Below are positions 32,049 to 41,650 of a DNA stretch of 64,000 nt, one piece after another. The DNA is from Candidatus Poribacteria bacterium. Lineage in GTDB: Bacteria; Poribacteria; WGA-4E; WGA-3G. The notes beneath the pieces are model-generated. The model ran no database searches. It saw only the letters and a program-made list of their open reading frames with translations, and was not told the origin of the DNA. Position 1 is the stretch's first letter. Each line of letters opens with the position of its first letter. Location of the stretch: the NCBI GenBank assembly GCA_963663765.2, contig CAXXUA010000005.1, positions 320,001 through 384,000 of the forward strand, in the 5' to 3' direction. Position numbers and translations under genes: made by a program.

Positions 32049-32672
32049 ATGGCACTATTTGGTAGAAAAGACAAGAAACCCCTTTTTGGAAAACAAAAAG
32101 AATCAGAGGATAAGAAACCGACTCGACACGAGTTGGTTGACATCCCGCTTGAAAGTATCATTGAACTCTCTGATATAGCAACTTATGAGGAAACAGGTGA
32201 TACCTCACGCACCTTAACGCTCTATACGCGCAAGAAATACGAAGGTAACGGACTCCTACGTTATATGTACCATATCCGAAATACTGAGGAAGAACTTGTC
32301 CTCGGAGTTGATCACATTGCAGGCACAAAAGATGAATATGAAATCTCTCGGTGGGTTGTTGATGGAGAACAAGAACTCGGTGATCCATTGCCAGATGAGA
32401 TAACACTCTATTATCCAGACCCTGAAAATGAAGATGGAGAAATAGAGATCGTATATCACCGACAGGAAATTGTCCCAGCAAAACTCACTGTTGTTGATGT
32501 GAATGGAGAAGAGAAATTTGAAACAGAACTACATGAATACATCAGTGACAATGAGGAGTTGATGTCAATTGAACTCCGCGGAAACTGGCTAACATTTTAT
32601 GTCGGTTTCCTCATCTCTCGTCCTGATATTGAAATTTATCCCTCTTCTGTCAACGAACATATACTGAGTTAA
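32049..32672 (+). CDS. Acidic hypothetical protein (possibly DUF4178-like)
   Basis: Starts 8 bp after the previous gene; LFG start and acidic beta-rich body; family assignment tentative. Confidence 0.65.
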   Translation: MALFGRKDKKPLFGKQKESEDKKPTRHELVDIPLESIIELSDIATYEETGDTSRTLTLYTRKKYEGNGLLRYMYHIRNTEEELVLGVDHIAGTKDEYEISRWVVDGEQELGDPLPDEITLYYPDPENEDGEIEIVYHRQEIVPAKLTVVDVNGEEKFETELHEYISDNEELMSIELRGNWLTFYVGFLISRPDIEIYPSSVNEHILS

Positions 32673-33371
32673 ACTATATTCTTGAAGGGTTAACAAGGTA
32701 TGACTCTATTGCGTCTGATTAGTTAATGAAAATTATCATTCTGCTGAATTAAGACTGATGATTGAATTACATGTGTGACGTATGAAAGTCTCATACTAAA
32801 GTTTTAACAAGGTTTATCGTAATGAACTTAGAAAACCAGACAGAAACGGAAGTATATGAACTTGTACTTAACACTATTCCGTCAAATCCCCATGCTTTAG
32901 CTTGTGGGATGTAGACGGCTAATATGCCAACCTAATATATATTTGACAATCTAATCAATATATTATATTATATACTATACACTAATATAATAAGGTTATA
33001 TATTATGCCGCTCAAAATATCAAATAAAAGACGTGATTATAGAACAACAAATAAGACAATCTATAGTTGTCAATATCACGTAATTTGGTGTACCAAGTAT
33101 CGTCGTAAAGTTTTAGATGCACAGTTACAAGGCAGACTCAAACAACTTATACAAGAAAAACAGGACGAATATAGGTATTATATCAGGGAAGTTGAAACGC
33201 AACCCGAACATGTCCATTTACTGATAGAAATACCCCCAACAGATTCTATTGATAAAGTTATCGGTAAAATCAAAGGTTATACGTCAAAAGTTCTACGTGA
33301 AGAATATCCGAGTTTGAAAAGTCGCTTGCCGTCTTTATGGACGCGTTCAAAATTCGTTAGTTCTTGTGGTG

Positions 33372-34686
33372 CAGGGTTATTTAGTTTTAGGAGTTTTGGT
33401 TGTTTTTTATCACAATCGTTAATATTTTTGGATATGCAGATATAGCGTGATTTATCGCGCTATATCTGCTATACTTCACCTAAAAAATCTTACCTTTGAG
33501 GTGAAAAATGCCAGAGAAAAACTCTCGACACTTGTTAGATAGATTAGCAGAAATTCAAGACCCGCGCAACAATAAAGGAAAACGACACCCACTGAACTCA
33601 ATCCTCGGACTTGTCCTTATTGGTTTTATGACTGGACATAAAGGATATACATCCATCGCAACTTGGGCCCGAACCCAACAAAACCTCGCAAGGACACTCG
33701 GTTTTACACACAAGAAAACACCTTGTCCCGCAACAATACATAATGTTCTAAAAGATTTAGATGCTGATGCTGTTGAAAAGACATTTACAGACTGGGTAGA
33801 AGACGTTTGTAAAAATCGACCTGATTTAGAAGGTTGTCTTGACGCAGTCGCTATAGACGGTAAAACGATGCGTGCCAGTAAGAAAAGTGGTGCGACAATA
33901 AGCCATTTACTCTCTGTTGTGTCTCATGAGTTAGGCGTCACACTGACACAAAAAGGTGTCAGTGATAAAACCAACGAAATACCGATCTCAACAGAGATCC
34001 TCAAAAACTTTGATGTGAGTGGTAAAGTCATCACAACAGACGCACTTTTGACACAGCGACCTTTCTGCCACGCCATCATAGAGGGTAATGGAGACTATGT
34101 GCTCCCTGTCAAAAAGAACCAACCGGACCTTTACGATGAGATCCAAAAACTCTTTCAAGACGTTCCAGACACGCTTTCTGATAACACACCACATCCTAAA
34201 TTGGGAGCCCCTATTTACACTCACGAGACTTCTGAAAAATCACATGGTAGAATAGAGACAAGGTGTTTGAAAGCAAGCACAAGTCTCAACGCATATCTGG
34301 ATTGGCCAGGTATAGCACAAGTGTTCCAATATCGTTATACTTACAAAAACACGAAAACAGGAGAAGAAAAAACCAAAATCCATTATGGTATTACAAGTCT
34401 GACACCCGAAGAAACTTCTGCCCAACGCTTACTTGAGCTACGCCGTGGGCATTGGTCAATAGAGAACAAGTCGCATTGGATGCGTGATACTCAACTTGGA
34501 GAAGACGCATCGTCTGTCCGATGCGGTGCTATTCCACAAATCATGGCTGCTTTGCGAAATACAGCATTAGCAGTGTTGCGATTTGCTGGGATAACGCGTA
34601 TAGCAGATGAGATAAAATACTTAGCTTCAAAACCTAAACTCGCAGTTAACTTGATAACTGAGAGTTTTTAAAACTAAATAACCCTG
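33372..34686 (+). mobile_element. ISAs1-family insertion sequence, 1315 bp
   Basis: 18-bp TIR CAGGGTTATTTAGTTTTA at both ends; 9-bp TSD CTTGTGGTG (33363-33371 and 34687-34695). Confidence 0.95.
33508..34671 (+). CDS. ISAs1-family DDE transposase
   Basis: DPR..GKRH; AIDGKT; TDALLTQ; KSHGRIETR; RGHWSIENKSHW. Confidence 0.96.
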   Translation: MPEKNSRHLLDRLAEIQDPRNNKGKRHPLNSILGLVLIGFMTGHKGYTSIATWARTQQNLARTLGFTHKKTPCPATIHNVLKDLDADAVEKTFTDWVEDVCKNRPDLEGCLDAVAIDGKTMRASKKSGATISHLLSVVSHELGVTLTQKGVSDKTNEIPISTEILKNFDVSGKVITTDALLTQRPFCHAIIEGNGDYVLPVKKNQPDLYDEIQKLFQDVPDTLSDNTPHPKLGAPIYTHETSEKSHGRIETRCLKASTSLNAYLDWPGIAQVFQYRYTYKNTKTGEEKTKIHYGITSLTPEETSAQRLLELRRGHWSIENKSHWMRDTQLGEDASSVRCGAIPQIMAALRNTALAVLRFAGITRIADEIKYLASKPKLAVNLITESF

Positions 34687-34744
34687 CTTGTGGTGGTGTA
34701 ACCCTTGAAGTTATAAAAGACTATATTGAAAGTCAAAGCGGACA

Positions 34745-35857
34745 ATGAAAAAAACCTATAAATACAAGATACAAAATCAAAAGAACACTATCAAGTTAGG
34801 CAATATGCTTGACGATATGCACCAGATTCATGTGCATATTATGCGATTGCAGCGTAGATATTACCGTATGTATGGTAAAAACGTATCTGCCTATAGAATG
34901 AATGCTCATGTTGCGAAGTTGAAAAAGCGAACAAAGCCTCATTGGGCAGACTTACCGAGTCAAGTTGTGCAAGACGTTGTGCTGCGTATGGGCAAAGCGT
35001 ATGATGCGTTCTTTCGGAATATCAAAGAACGAGTATCAGACAAAACAACGCGCAAAGTAGGTAGACCGAAAATCAAACCCCAACACAAATACAACTCTAT
35101 GACCTTTACACAGGCAGGTTATAAACTTGAAGGGAACCGTATCAAGATCAACTGTATAGATACGTGGTTTTCCTTTCATAAACATCGTGAAATAACAGGT
35201 GATATCAAAACAATTACTATCAAGCGTGACAAGTGTGGCGATTACTGGATATGCTTTTCTTGTGATAATGTTGACACACCGAAACCCATAGCAAAGACAG
35301 GTGAAAGTGCTGGCTTTGATTTCGGATTGAAAACATATCTCACAAGCTCAGATGGAAACAAAATACAATCACCACAATATCTGAAACAATCACTGAATAA
35401 GTTGCGAACTTTGAACAAGTCTTTTAGTAGAAAAGTCAAGGGTTCTAATAACTGGTATGGTGCTAAGCGTGCATTGTCAAGAGAATATAGGAAAGTATCA
35501 AGACAGAGGTTAGATTGGCAATGGAAACTTGCTACAGACCTTTGCAGACATTTTGATACCTTGTGCTTTGAAACCCTCAATATAGACGGCATGAAACGGC
35601 TTTGGGGACGAAAAGTGAGTGATCTCGCTTTCTATCAGTTTGTTCAATTGTTGGAATTCAAGTGTGCAAAACATGATAAAAAACTTGTTCAAATTAGGCA
35701 ATGGGATTCCACAACAAAACCTTGTAGCAGCTGTGGACGCAAAAACGGCAATCTAACACTTTCAGATAGACACTGGACATGTCCTACGTGCAAAACCGAA
35801 CACGATAGAGACATAAACGCCGCTATAAATATCAAACAGGCAGGCTTAGCTGCCTAA
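34745..35857 (+). CDS. tnpB: RNA-guided endonuclease TnpB
   Basis: RuvC motifs GFDFGLK / CFETL / DRDINAA and Zn finger CSSC..CPTC all intact; ATGA overlap with the tnpA stop. Confidence 0.95.
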   Translation: MKKTYKYKIQNQKNTIKLGNMLDDMHQIHVHIMRLQRRYYRMYGKNVSAYRMNAHVAKLKKRTKPHWADLPSQVVQDVVLRMGKAYDAFFRNIKERVSDKTTRKVGRPKIKPQHKYNSMTFTQAGYKLEGNRIKINCIDTWFSFHKHREITGDIKTITIKRDKCGDYWICFSCDNVDTPKPIAKTGESAGFDFGLKTYLTSSDGNKIQSPQYLKQSLNKLRTLNKSFSRKVKGSNNWYGAKRALSREYRKVSRQRLDWQWKLATDLCRHFDTLCFETLNIDGMKRLWGRKVSDLAFYQFVQLLEFKCAKHDKKLVQIRQWDSTTKPCSSCGRKNGNLTLSDRHWTCPTCKTEHDRDINAAINIKQAGLAA

Positions 35858-35960
35858 AGTGGAGCAGACGTAAGACGTAGTTCAGATCGGCTGTCCGCAA
35901 GGAAACACAAGCCCCTGCCTTTAGGCAGTGGGTACTATGACAATCCTTTTAGATAGACTC
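35780..35960 (+). ncRNA. Predicted TnpB omega/reRNA (5' boundary approximate) with guide in the right flank
   Basis: Inferred from established IS605 biology: the reRNA spans the tnpB 3' end and right end, and the guide begins at the flank (35942). Confidence 0.5.
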
Positions 35961-36364
35961 GGAGTCTCTGGACGACATCGGTTTCTTGAGCAATGTAAAC
36001 CTGCAATTACAAACTATACCGCAGAACGCCATAAATGGTTAGACAACCTTGATATGGAAACGGTTATGCAGGACGTTCAAGATCTTCGAACTCAGAAACA
36101 AAAAGAAGCTATAAATCATGAACCCAAAAAGAATATACATGATTTGACAGATCATGAGGTGTACCGAGTTGGACTTAACGCAATCTCACAGAAAATAGGA
36201 CCATCCGGATTGATACAGTTCTTTCGCTTGTGTAAATCAACCATGTCTCTTTATAATACTGACGACTCTGAATGGGTAGAAAAGTTTGAAGGAAATACAA
36301 TTTTAGCAGAAAATCATAGAGGTGAAAAAGAAATTAAAGAGAAAAATTAAGATTAAATTCACAC

Positions 36365-37095
36365 ATGCAAATTCCATCCCAATCCTTGAAAATTTATCTG
36401 GATATTTGTTGCCTAAGTTGATCATCAGATAACCAAACACAAGATAGAATACGACTTGAAGCAATTGCAGTTTAATCAATCGTCAATTACATTAATAGGG
36501 GTAAATTATACTGAATTGTTAGCGAGGCATTGGTTATTGAAATTAACAAGAATCACGAGTTGTGCTAAATAACAATATGTTAATCAATGTTTCACATAAG
36601 CATGACGTTTTGCAGGTGTACTTCATAGTTTGAAACGATCTTCAGTCCCGACAAATGCCATACGCGCATTTGGCGTTGATTTGGTAGGGACGATATGTTT
36701 ATAGAAAAACGTCATAGTACATCCTCTTTAGTCCCGTAGGGACGATATGTGCGCATTATAAACCTAATATATGTAATAACTTTGAAAACAATGGGTTAAC
36801 TGACACAAGTCGTAAGAATCCTGATTTAGTGCAACGCGACGAAATCAAAGAACTGTTGAAATTCTCACATCATTCAGTTTCTATTGGAGTTTCAGAAAGA
36901 TATAGAGGGAAGCAACTTGTAGTTTTGGGATTTAAGCCTTTGGATGCTCTACATATTGCTTGCGCCGAAAGTGGAAATGCAGAAATATTTTTTACAACCG
37001 ACGATAAGTTACTCAGCCGGGCGACACGCTTCAACGAGAAGATGAACATCCGAGTCGAAAATCCTCACACATGGTTACAGAACTACACAATGTAA
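36365..37095 (+). pseudogene. PIN-domain (VapC-like) toxin with three in-frame stops and a MITE insertion
   Basis: LKIYLDICCLS*..QDRIRLEAIAV*..LY*IVSEALVIEINKN|PDLVQ..LDALHIACAE..FFTTDDKL. Confidence 0.88.
36555..36813. mobile_element. 259-bp non-autonomous MITE
   Basis: Imperfect TIRs ACGAGTTGTG../..CACAAGTCGT; 7-bp TSD AAGAATC (36548-36554 and 36814-36820); removal restores the PIN frame. Confidence 0.85.
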
Positions 37096-37130
37096 AACAG
37101 ATCTGCCAAATATTTACAACGTTTACTCGC

Positions 37131-38051
37131 TCAACGACGCATATTCACGAGATAGATCCCCGCAGCCACCAGAACAGATCCTATCAATAAATAAATTGAT
37201 AATTCTTCTTCTAAAAACTGGTAACTAAACAATACACCTGATAACGGTGTAACAAAAAAGAGAACAACAAGTTTACTCGCACTGTATCTTTCAAGAATTG
37301 ATGTCCATGCCAAGAAACAATACCCCGCTACTATCGCACCTTGATAGAGAAGTGCAGCACCGCTGGTAAGTGAAATTTGGAATGTCTCACCCCTTTCAAA
37401 CAAGATACTTAATACAGCGAAGAATGGCAGACTCAATGTTAAGTGCCACACTAAAAGGCGATAAGGGTGAATTGATTGAACTAACAATTTCGTCACGACA
37501 ACACGTAAACCTAAAAAACAACCACTCACAAGTACCAGTATATCACCAAGAAGGTTTGCATCCCCATTTCCAAGGTCTGGTGCTACGGTGACAAACACCC
37601 CACTGAATGCAACGATAATACCTAATGTCTTATATAATGTCAGACGTTCTCTCGGTATCCAGATATGTGCAAAAATCGCTGTGAAAAATGGGTAGGTGTT
37701 AACAAAGATGGTTGATCGTGACGCGGACGTATAGTTGGTACCAGTGTTGAGCGCGATTATTTGAAAAATGAAAATCGCGGCAAGAATGAGTAATCCAGAA
37801 AATTCTCCTCGTTTTAAACCAAGTGGAATTCGACGGTAAACAGACCATAGACTAACAACGATAAGTCCAATCACAAAACGGAATAATGCTAATGCCATCG
37901 GAGGTAGGTCTTCTAAACCAATTTTAATTGATGGTGAATTACCACCCCAGAGAAAAGCAAGTAGCAAACTCAGAGCAATAATCTTACCATGCGGATCTTC
38001 ACTGATTACAGAACGATTTCGCGATGACCCGATGGTTTTTTTGCTATTCAA
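37131..38051 (-). CDS. DMT/EamA-family transporter
   Basis: LWGGN; ALFRF; about 10 TM segments in two repeats. Confidence 0.9.
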   Translation of the reverse strand: MNSKKTIGSSRNRSVISEDPHGKIIALSLLLAFLWGGNSPSIKIGLEDLPPMALALFRFVIGLIVVSLWSVYRRIPLGLKRGEFSGLLILAAIFIFQIIALNTGTNYTSASRSTIFVNTYPFFTAIFAHIWIPRERLTLYKTLGIIVAFSGVFVTVAPDLGNGDANLLGDILVLVSGCFLGLRVVVTKLLVQSIHPYRLLVWHLTLSLPFFAVLSILFERGETFQISLTSGAALLYQGAIVAGYCFLAWTSILERYSASKLVVLFFVTPLSGVLFSYQFLEEELSIYLLIGSVLVAAGIYLVNMRR

Positions 38052-38104
38052 AACAAGTTGATTTCCTCATACTCTACCCAATTTCAATATAATATTAACA
38101 ACTA

Positions 38105-38908
38105 CTAATCATAAGCACCAGGACGATGATTCCCCATCAACCTCTTTTGTCGTTCTGTCGCTTGATCTAATATTGATTCATTGAACTGAAACCGATTCAG
38201 ATAGGGTGGAAATTTCTGCGTTATCATACGGTTCGCATAATGTACTTGCAACAGATAACGTGTCTGATCGCTACGGTTTGCAGTACCTCTATGCCACACC
38301 TCACTCCGAAATAACACAACATCACCACCGTTGCAGAGAATACTTTGTTCCTTTGCACCTTTCCATTCTGTATCACCATCAGGTCTGCGTCCAGAGAGAT
38401 GGCTACCGGGAACAAACTTCGTTGGACCTAACTCTTCATAAAGGTCGTCTAAATAGTAATGTGCAGTTGTAATGTAAATTGGAACTTTAACGCGAGTATC
38501 CTCTAAGACATCAGCGGGGAGAGAAATAGGTATCCAATCAGAGTGTAGACCTTGATCCGGACGACCAGGACCTGTAATCCACGCCGTCATCCCTATCACA
38601 TGGCAATCACCGCCATGAACTGCTTCAGTTAACTCAATGACAGGTGACTTGTCAAGAAAGTGTAAGAAAACTGGATCTCGATTAAATGCGTTGTTGATAT
38701 GTTTATTTAGAAAACCACTACCATTTTCCGGCACACTGTGTTTATCAAAACTCTCAGGGTTTGCTGTTAACCGATCCATTGCATCGCGTAGTTCATTCAG
38801 TTCTTCCGCATCAATGACTTGGGGCAAATAGGCATATCCATCTTCTTCCATCGCCTTTACTTGACTTTCAAGTTCGGAATACGCTGTAAGCGGTAACGCT
38901 TGATTCAT
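38105..38908 (-). CDS. Phytanoyl-CoA dioxygenase (PhyH) family protein
   Basis: H-x-D (LHSD); GPTKFVPGSH; GDVVLF..WHRG. Confidence 0.9.
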   Translation of the reverse strand: MNQALPLTAYSELESQVKAMEEDGYAYLPQVIDAEELNELRDAMDRLTANPESFDKHSVPENGSGFLNKHINNAFNRDPVFLHFLDKSPVIELTEAVHGGDCHVIGMTAWITGPGRPDQGLHSDWIPISLPADVLEDTRVKVPIYITTAHYYLDDLYEELGPTKFVPGSHLSGRRPDGDTEWKGAKEQSILCNGGDVVLFRSEVWHRGTANRSDQTRYLLQVHYANRMITQKFPPYLNRFQFNESILDQATERQKRLMGNHRPGAYD

Positions 38909-39195
38909 TACAATTCTCCTTAGGAATACTCACCACCGCATAATGGCTGGATTTGTTATATCTTATCAAGTCTATTACCCTTATGTCAACTTTTTAATTG
39001 AATAATTCGTTTTAAAATGCATCTAATAAAGCGTAAAAACAAGATTGTACATATTCAAAAAGTCCTATATAGACGAAGTAAAGGTTCGTCGCGTTTTCAA
39101 ACCAAGGTTAAAAATTTTAAGACAAAACCAAAATCACTAACAGATTAAATTTTGTATTTACTTTGACTTACGACTTGTTGTATAGGAGGGCAAAA

Positions 39196-39474
39196 ATGAA
39201 GGATAAATACACAACCCGAAAAGACAAAACGCTGGAAAGTCTGGAATCAACAAAGGACTCAGCTATACGCGTACCAGGAATAGTATTGGAATCTTTACCA
39301 GGAAATCTTTTTAGTGTAGAACTTACAGAGAACGATCACAAAGTCGTTGCCTACCTTGCCGGTAAAATGATGCGACACAAAATTTGGGTACTACCGGGAG
39401 ATCAAGTTACTGTGGAACTGTCACCTTACGATTTAACACGTGGTCGCATCGTTTGGCGGAACCCAGGTGGATAA
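39196..39474 (+). CDS. infA: Translation initiation factor IF-1 (N-terminally extended)
   Basis: [12 protein letters not shown]; LAGKMM; [23 protein letters not shown]; AGGAGG RBS. Confidence 0.95.
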   Translation: MKDKYTTRKDKTLESLESTKDSAIRVPGIVLESLPGNLFSVELTENDHKVVAYLAGKMMRHKIWVLPGDQVTVELSPYDLTRGRIVWRNPGG

Positions 39475-39571
39475 TACCTCAAATACTTTTTTCGCAATAC
39501 GGTGCAAAAGTGCATCCGAAAATGTGTATAGGTGAATCATTATCATTTTTTTTGATAGTGGTATCCTATTA

Positions 39572-39712
39572 CCGCTGAATTGCGGAAAAGGAGGTATTTG
39601 TTTATGTTAGCAAATCAGAGGAGGTGTGACACTTAGTGTTACGCCCTTGTGGTGTGGCACATAGTGTCGCACACTTTCTGGCGGGACAGAGGATTTATCC
39701 TCTGTCCCTATT
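39572..39712 (+). ncRNA. Candidate structured small RNA / leader with four hairpins
   Basis: Extended -10 TGGTATCCT upstream; twin G-U-containing hairpins; strong terminal hairpin. Confidence 0.4.
39683..39708. terminator. Strong hairpin between convergent units
   Basis: GGGACAGAGGA-TTTA-TCCTCTGTCCC. Confidence 0.7.
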
Positions 39713-39726
39713 ACGTGTACGCTTCC

Positions 39727-40098
39727 TTATGCGTTTTCTCCGCGCATGAGTGATTCCATCTCTGGTAATACCTCTGTTACTGCTGCTTGGTCTACTTCAT
39801 CTGCAATACTACCATAACCGGATGTACGTATCATTTCAACGAGATTCTCCCCCAGTTGTTCAATTGTCCATGCAACTGAATTTGGCACTTCCGTCTTATC
39901 AAGAGGGATATGATCGTTCCTCCCTGATGGGTCATAATGATAGTGTGGTTTTTTGCGGAAACAGTCAAAACGTAGGAGTTGGATATTCTTACCATCCGCA
40001 TCACCGAAAACGCGGACAGAAGGACCGCCATCTCCACTTATATTACGGTTGTCCACGTGGAATTCAACACCACCCGCATGAAAAACTTTTTCTTCCAT
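39727..40098 (-). CDS. Hypothetical protein
   Basis: GGAG RBS; own consensus promoter; motif LLRFDCF..PHYHYDP. Confidence 0.75.
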   Translation of the reverse strand: MEEKVFHAGGVEFHVDNRNISGDGGPSVRVFGDADGKNIQLLRFDCFRKKPHYHYDPSGRNDHIPLDKTEVPNSVAWTIEQLGENLVEMIRTSGYGSIADEVDQAAVTEVLPEMESLMRGENA

Positions 40099-40132
40099 AA
40101 TTTTACTCCCTATTTGTTAGATGTAATGCGGA

Positions 40133-40161
40133 ATTATATAAATAAACCCTTTTCGTGTCAA
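40133..40161 (-). promoter_or_regulatory. Consensus sigma70 promoter
   Basis: TTGACA-17bp-TATAAT, exact. Confidence 0.8.
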
Positions 40162-40242
40162 CCGTAAAATAAGATACTGATAGACAGGATATTATGCAAA
40201 AACAACACAAATCTTTTTTATAGTAAATACTATAAAAAATAC

Positions 40243-40271
40243 TTGCAAACCGACTAAAAATATGCTATACT
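40243..40271 (+). promoter_or_regulatory. sigma70 promoter of the moaA-suf unit
   Basis: TTGCAA-17bp-TATACT, with TG extension. Confidence 0.7.
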
Positions 40272-40300
40272 TTTAAAAAAATAATATCGGCTATTTCACA

Positions 40301-41296
40301 ATGAAACAACAACTTATTGATAGTTTTGAACGTGTCCATACGAACCTAAGAATCTCCGTTACAGATGTATGCAATTTTCGGTGCATATACTGTATGCCTG
40401 AAGACATGGAGTTTATGCCAGATTCGGCACTGATGACTTATGACGAGATTCTGCATTTCATACGTATTTTTGTCAAACTTGGGGTCAACAAGATTCGGAT
40501 TACAGGTGGTGAGCCGCTCGTACGTCCCGGTGTACCAAACCTAATTGAACAACTTGGGCAGATAGATGCGTTGAACGACATCAGTTTGACAACCAACGGT
40601 ATCGGCCTCGTCAACCAAGCACAAGCACTATATGATGCTGGACTAAGACGTATCAATGTCAGCTTAGACACACTCAACGAAGAGAAGTTTGAACAGATGA
40701 CGCGGCGGAAAGTCCTCTCGCGTGTAATTGAAGGGCTTAAAGCAGCACACGACTGCGGATTCAATCCGATTAAAGTCAACGCAGTTGCAATGCGTGGGTT
40801 TACCGATGACGAAATCGTAGATCTGGTCACTTTCGCTCGAGAAAACAGTTATCACATGCGGTTCATAGAGTTTATGCCACTTGATGCCGATGACATCTGG
40901 GGACGAAACATGTTTATCCCCGGCAAAGAAATTATCGAAAAGATCAGCAACGTTTATCCACTAGAACAACTCTCACTAAACGGAGATTCAAAAAGCGATA
41001 CAGCACAACGTTTCCGATTCACAGATAACGGTACAGAGGTCGGTGTCATACCTTCAGTAAGTGAACCGTTCTGTGAAAACTGCAACCGAATCCGTCTCAC
41101 TGCTGATGGAAAGTTCCGAACGTGTTTGTTCTCTCTCTCAGAAAGTGACCTACTCACGCCATTACGCGAAGGCGCCGACGATGAAATGATTGAAGAACTG
41201 ATAATTGATGCGGTGGCAAAAAAAGAAGCTGGACATAAAATCAATGCTGCAGACTTCATAAAACCTGAGCGGAATATGTCAAGAATCGGTGGATAA
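40301..41296 (+). CDS. moaA: GTP 3',8-cyclase MoaA
   Basis: CNFRCIYCM radical SAM motif; FCENCNRIRLTADG..C; C-terminal IGG. Confidence 0.97.
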   Translation: MKQQLIDSFERVHTNLRISVTDVCNFRCIYCMPEDMEFMPDSALMTYDEILHFIRIFVKLGVNKIRITGGEPLVRPGVPNLIEQLGQIDALNDISLTTNGIGLVNQAQALYDAGLRRINVSLDTLNEEKFEQMTRRKVLSRVIEGLKAAHDCGFNPIKVNAVAMRGFTDDEIVDLVTFARENSYHMRFIEFMPLDADDIWGRNMFIPGKEIIEKISNVYPLEQLSLNGDSKSDTAQRFRFTDNGTEVGVIPSVSEPFCENCNRIRLTADGKFRTCLFSLSESDLLTPLREGADDEMIEELIIDAVAKKEAGHKINAADFIKPERNMSRIGG

Positions 41297-41311
41297 ACGC
41301 TAAAATCAACA

Positions 41312-41650
41312 ATGCATGAGATACATCCGCGAGAAATACAAGTATACCAAACTCCAAACGGACGGAAACCTTTCAACGAGTGGTTAACTTCAATTCGAAA
41401 TATAGAAACACAAGCTCGGATTTGAGCACGGCTTGAACGTCTTAAAAACGGTAATATGGGAGATTGTCAATCTGCTGGTAATGGCATTTTTGAATTACGA
41501 ATCCACTTTGGTGCAGGTTATCGCGTTTATTTTGGACAGATAGGTAACACAATCATTCTTTTACTCTGTGGTGGCGACAACTCATCACAAAGACAGGATA
41601 TAGAACGTGCAAAAACTTATTGGCTGGAATATAAGAGAGAAAACCTATGA
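41312..41650 (+). pseudogene. RelE/ParE-superfamily addiction-module killer toxin with one in-frame TGA
   Basis: MHEIHPREIQVYQTPNGRKPFNEWL..QARI*ARLERLKNGNMGD..ELRIHFGAGYRVYF..LLLCGGD; TGA at 41423-41425. Confidence 0.88.

Larger units (their letters stand above)
33005..34748 (+). pseudogene. tnpA: IS200/IS605 Y1 transposase TnpA, split by ISAs1
   Basis: YHVIWCTKYRR; HUH motif EHVHL; LWTRSKFVSSCG|GVTLEVIKDYIESQSGQ* resumes after 34695, so the catalytic Tyr lies in the separated piece. Confidence 0.92.
32872..35941 (+). mobile_element. IS200/IS605-family element (tnpA + tnpB) carrying a nested ISAs1
   Basis: Subterminal hairpins at about 32884-32910 and 35909-35934; no TSD; left flank CTTAA; right end TGAC; removal restores the host frame. 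Confidence 0.9.
32822..36350 (+). pseudogene. Antitoxin-like gene (two tandem repeats of one small domain) interrupted by an IS605 element
   Basis: MNLENQTETEVYELVL|(K)ILLDRLGVSG rejoins in frame across 32872-35941 and aligns with the internal repeat EVYRVGLNAISQKIGPSG; lies upstream of a PIN toxin. Confidence 0.8.

Noticed and set aside
33005-33445. 146-aa ORF as an intact TnpA
   Set aside because: The last residues are read from the ISAs1 end; the real C-terminus with the catalytic Tyr lies beyond 34695.
35928-36350. Stand-alone 140-aa gene
   Set aside because: The start lies inside the IS605 right end; this is the 3' part of the gene starting at 32822.
41423-41425. Genome-wide TGA reassignment
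   Set aside because: Conserved genes such as fusA and rpsM end at TGA at normal length, and no core gene has an internal TGA.
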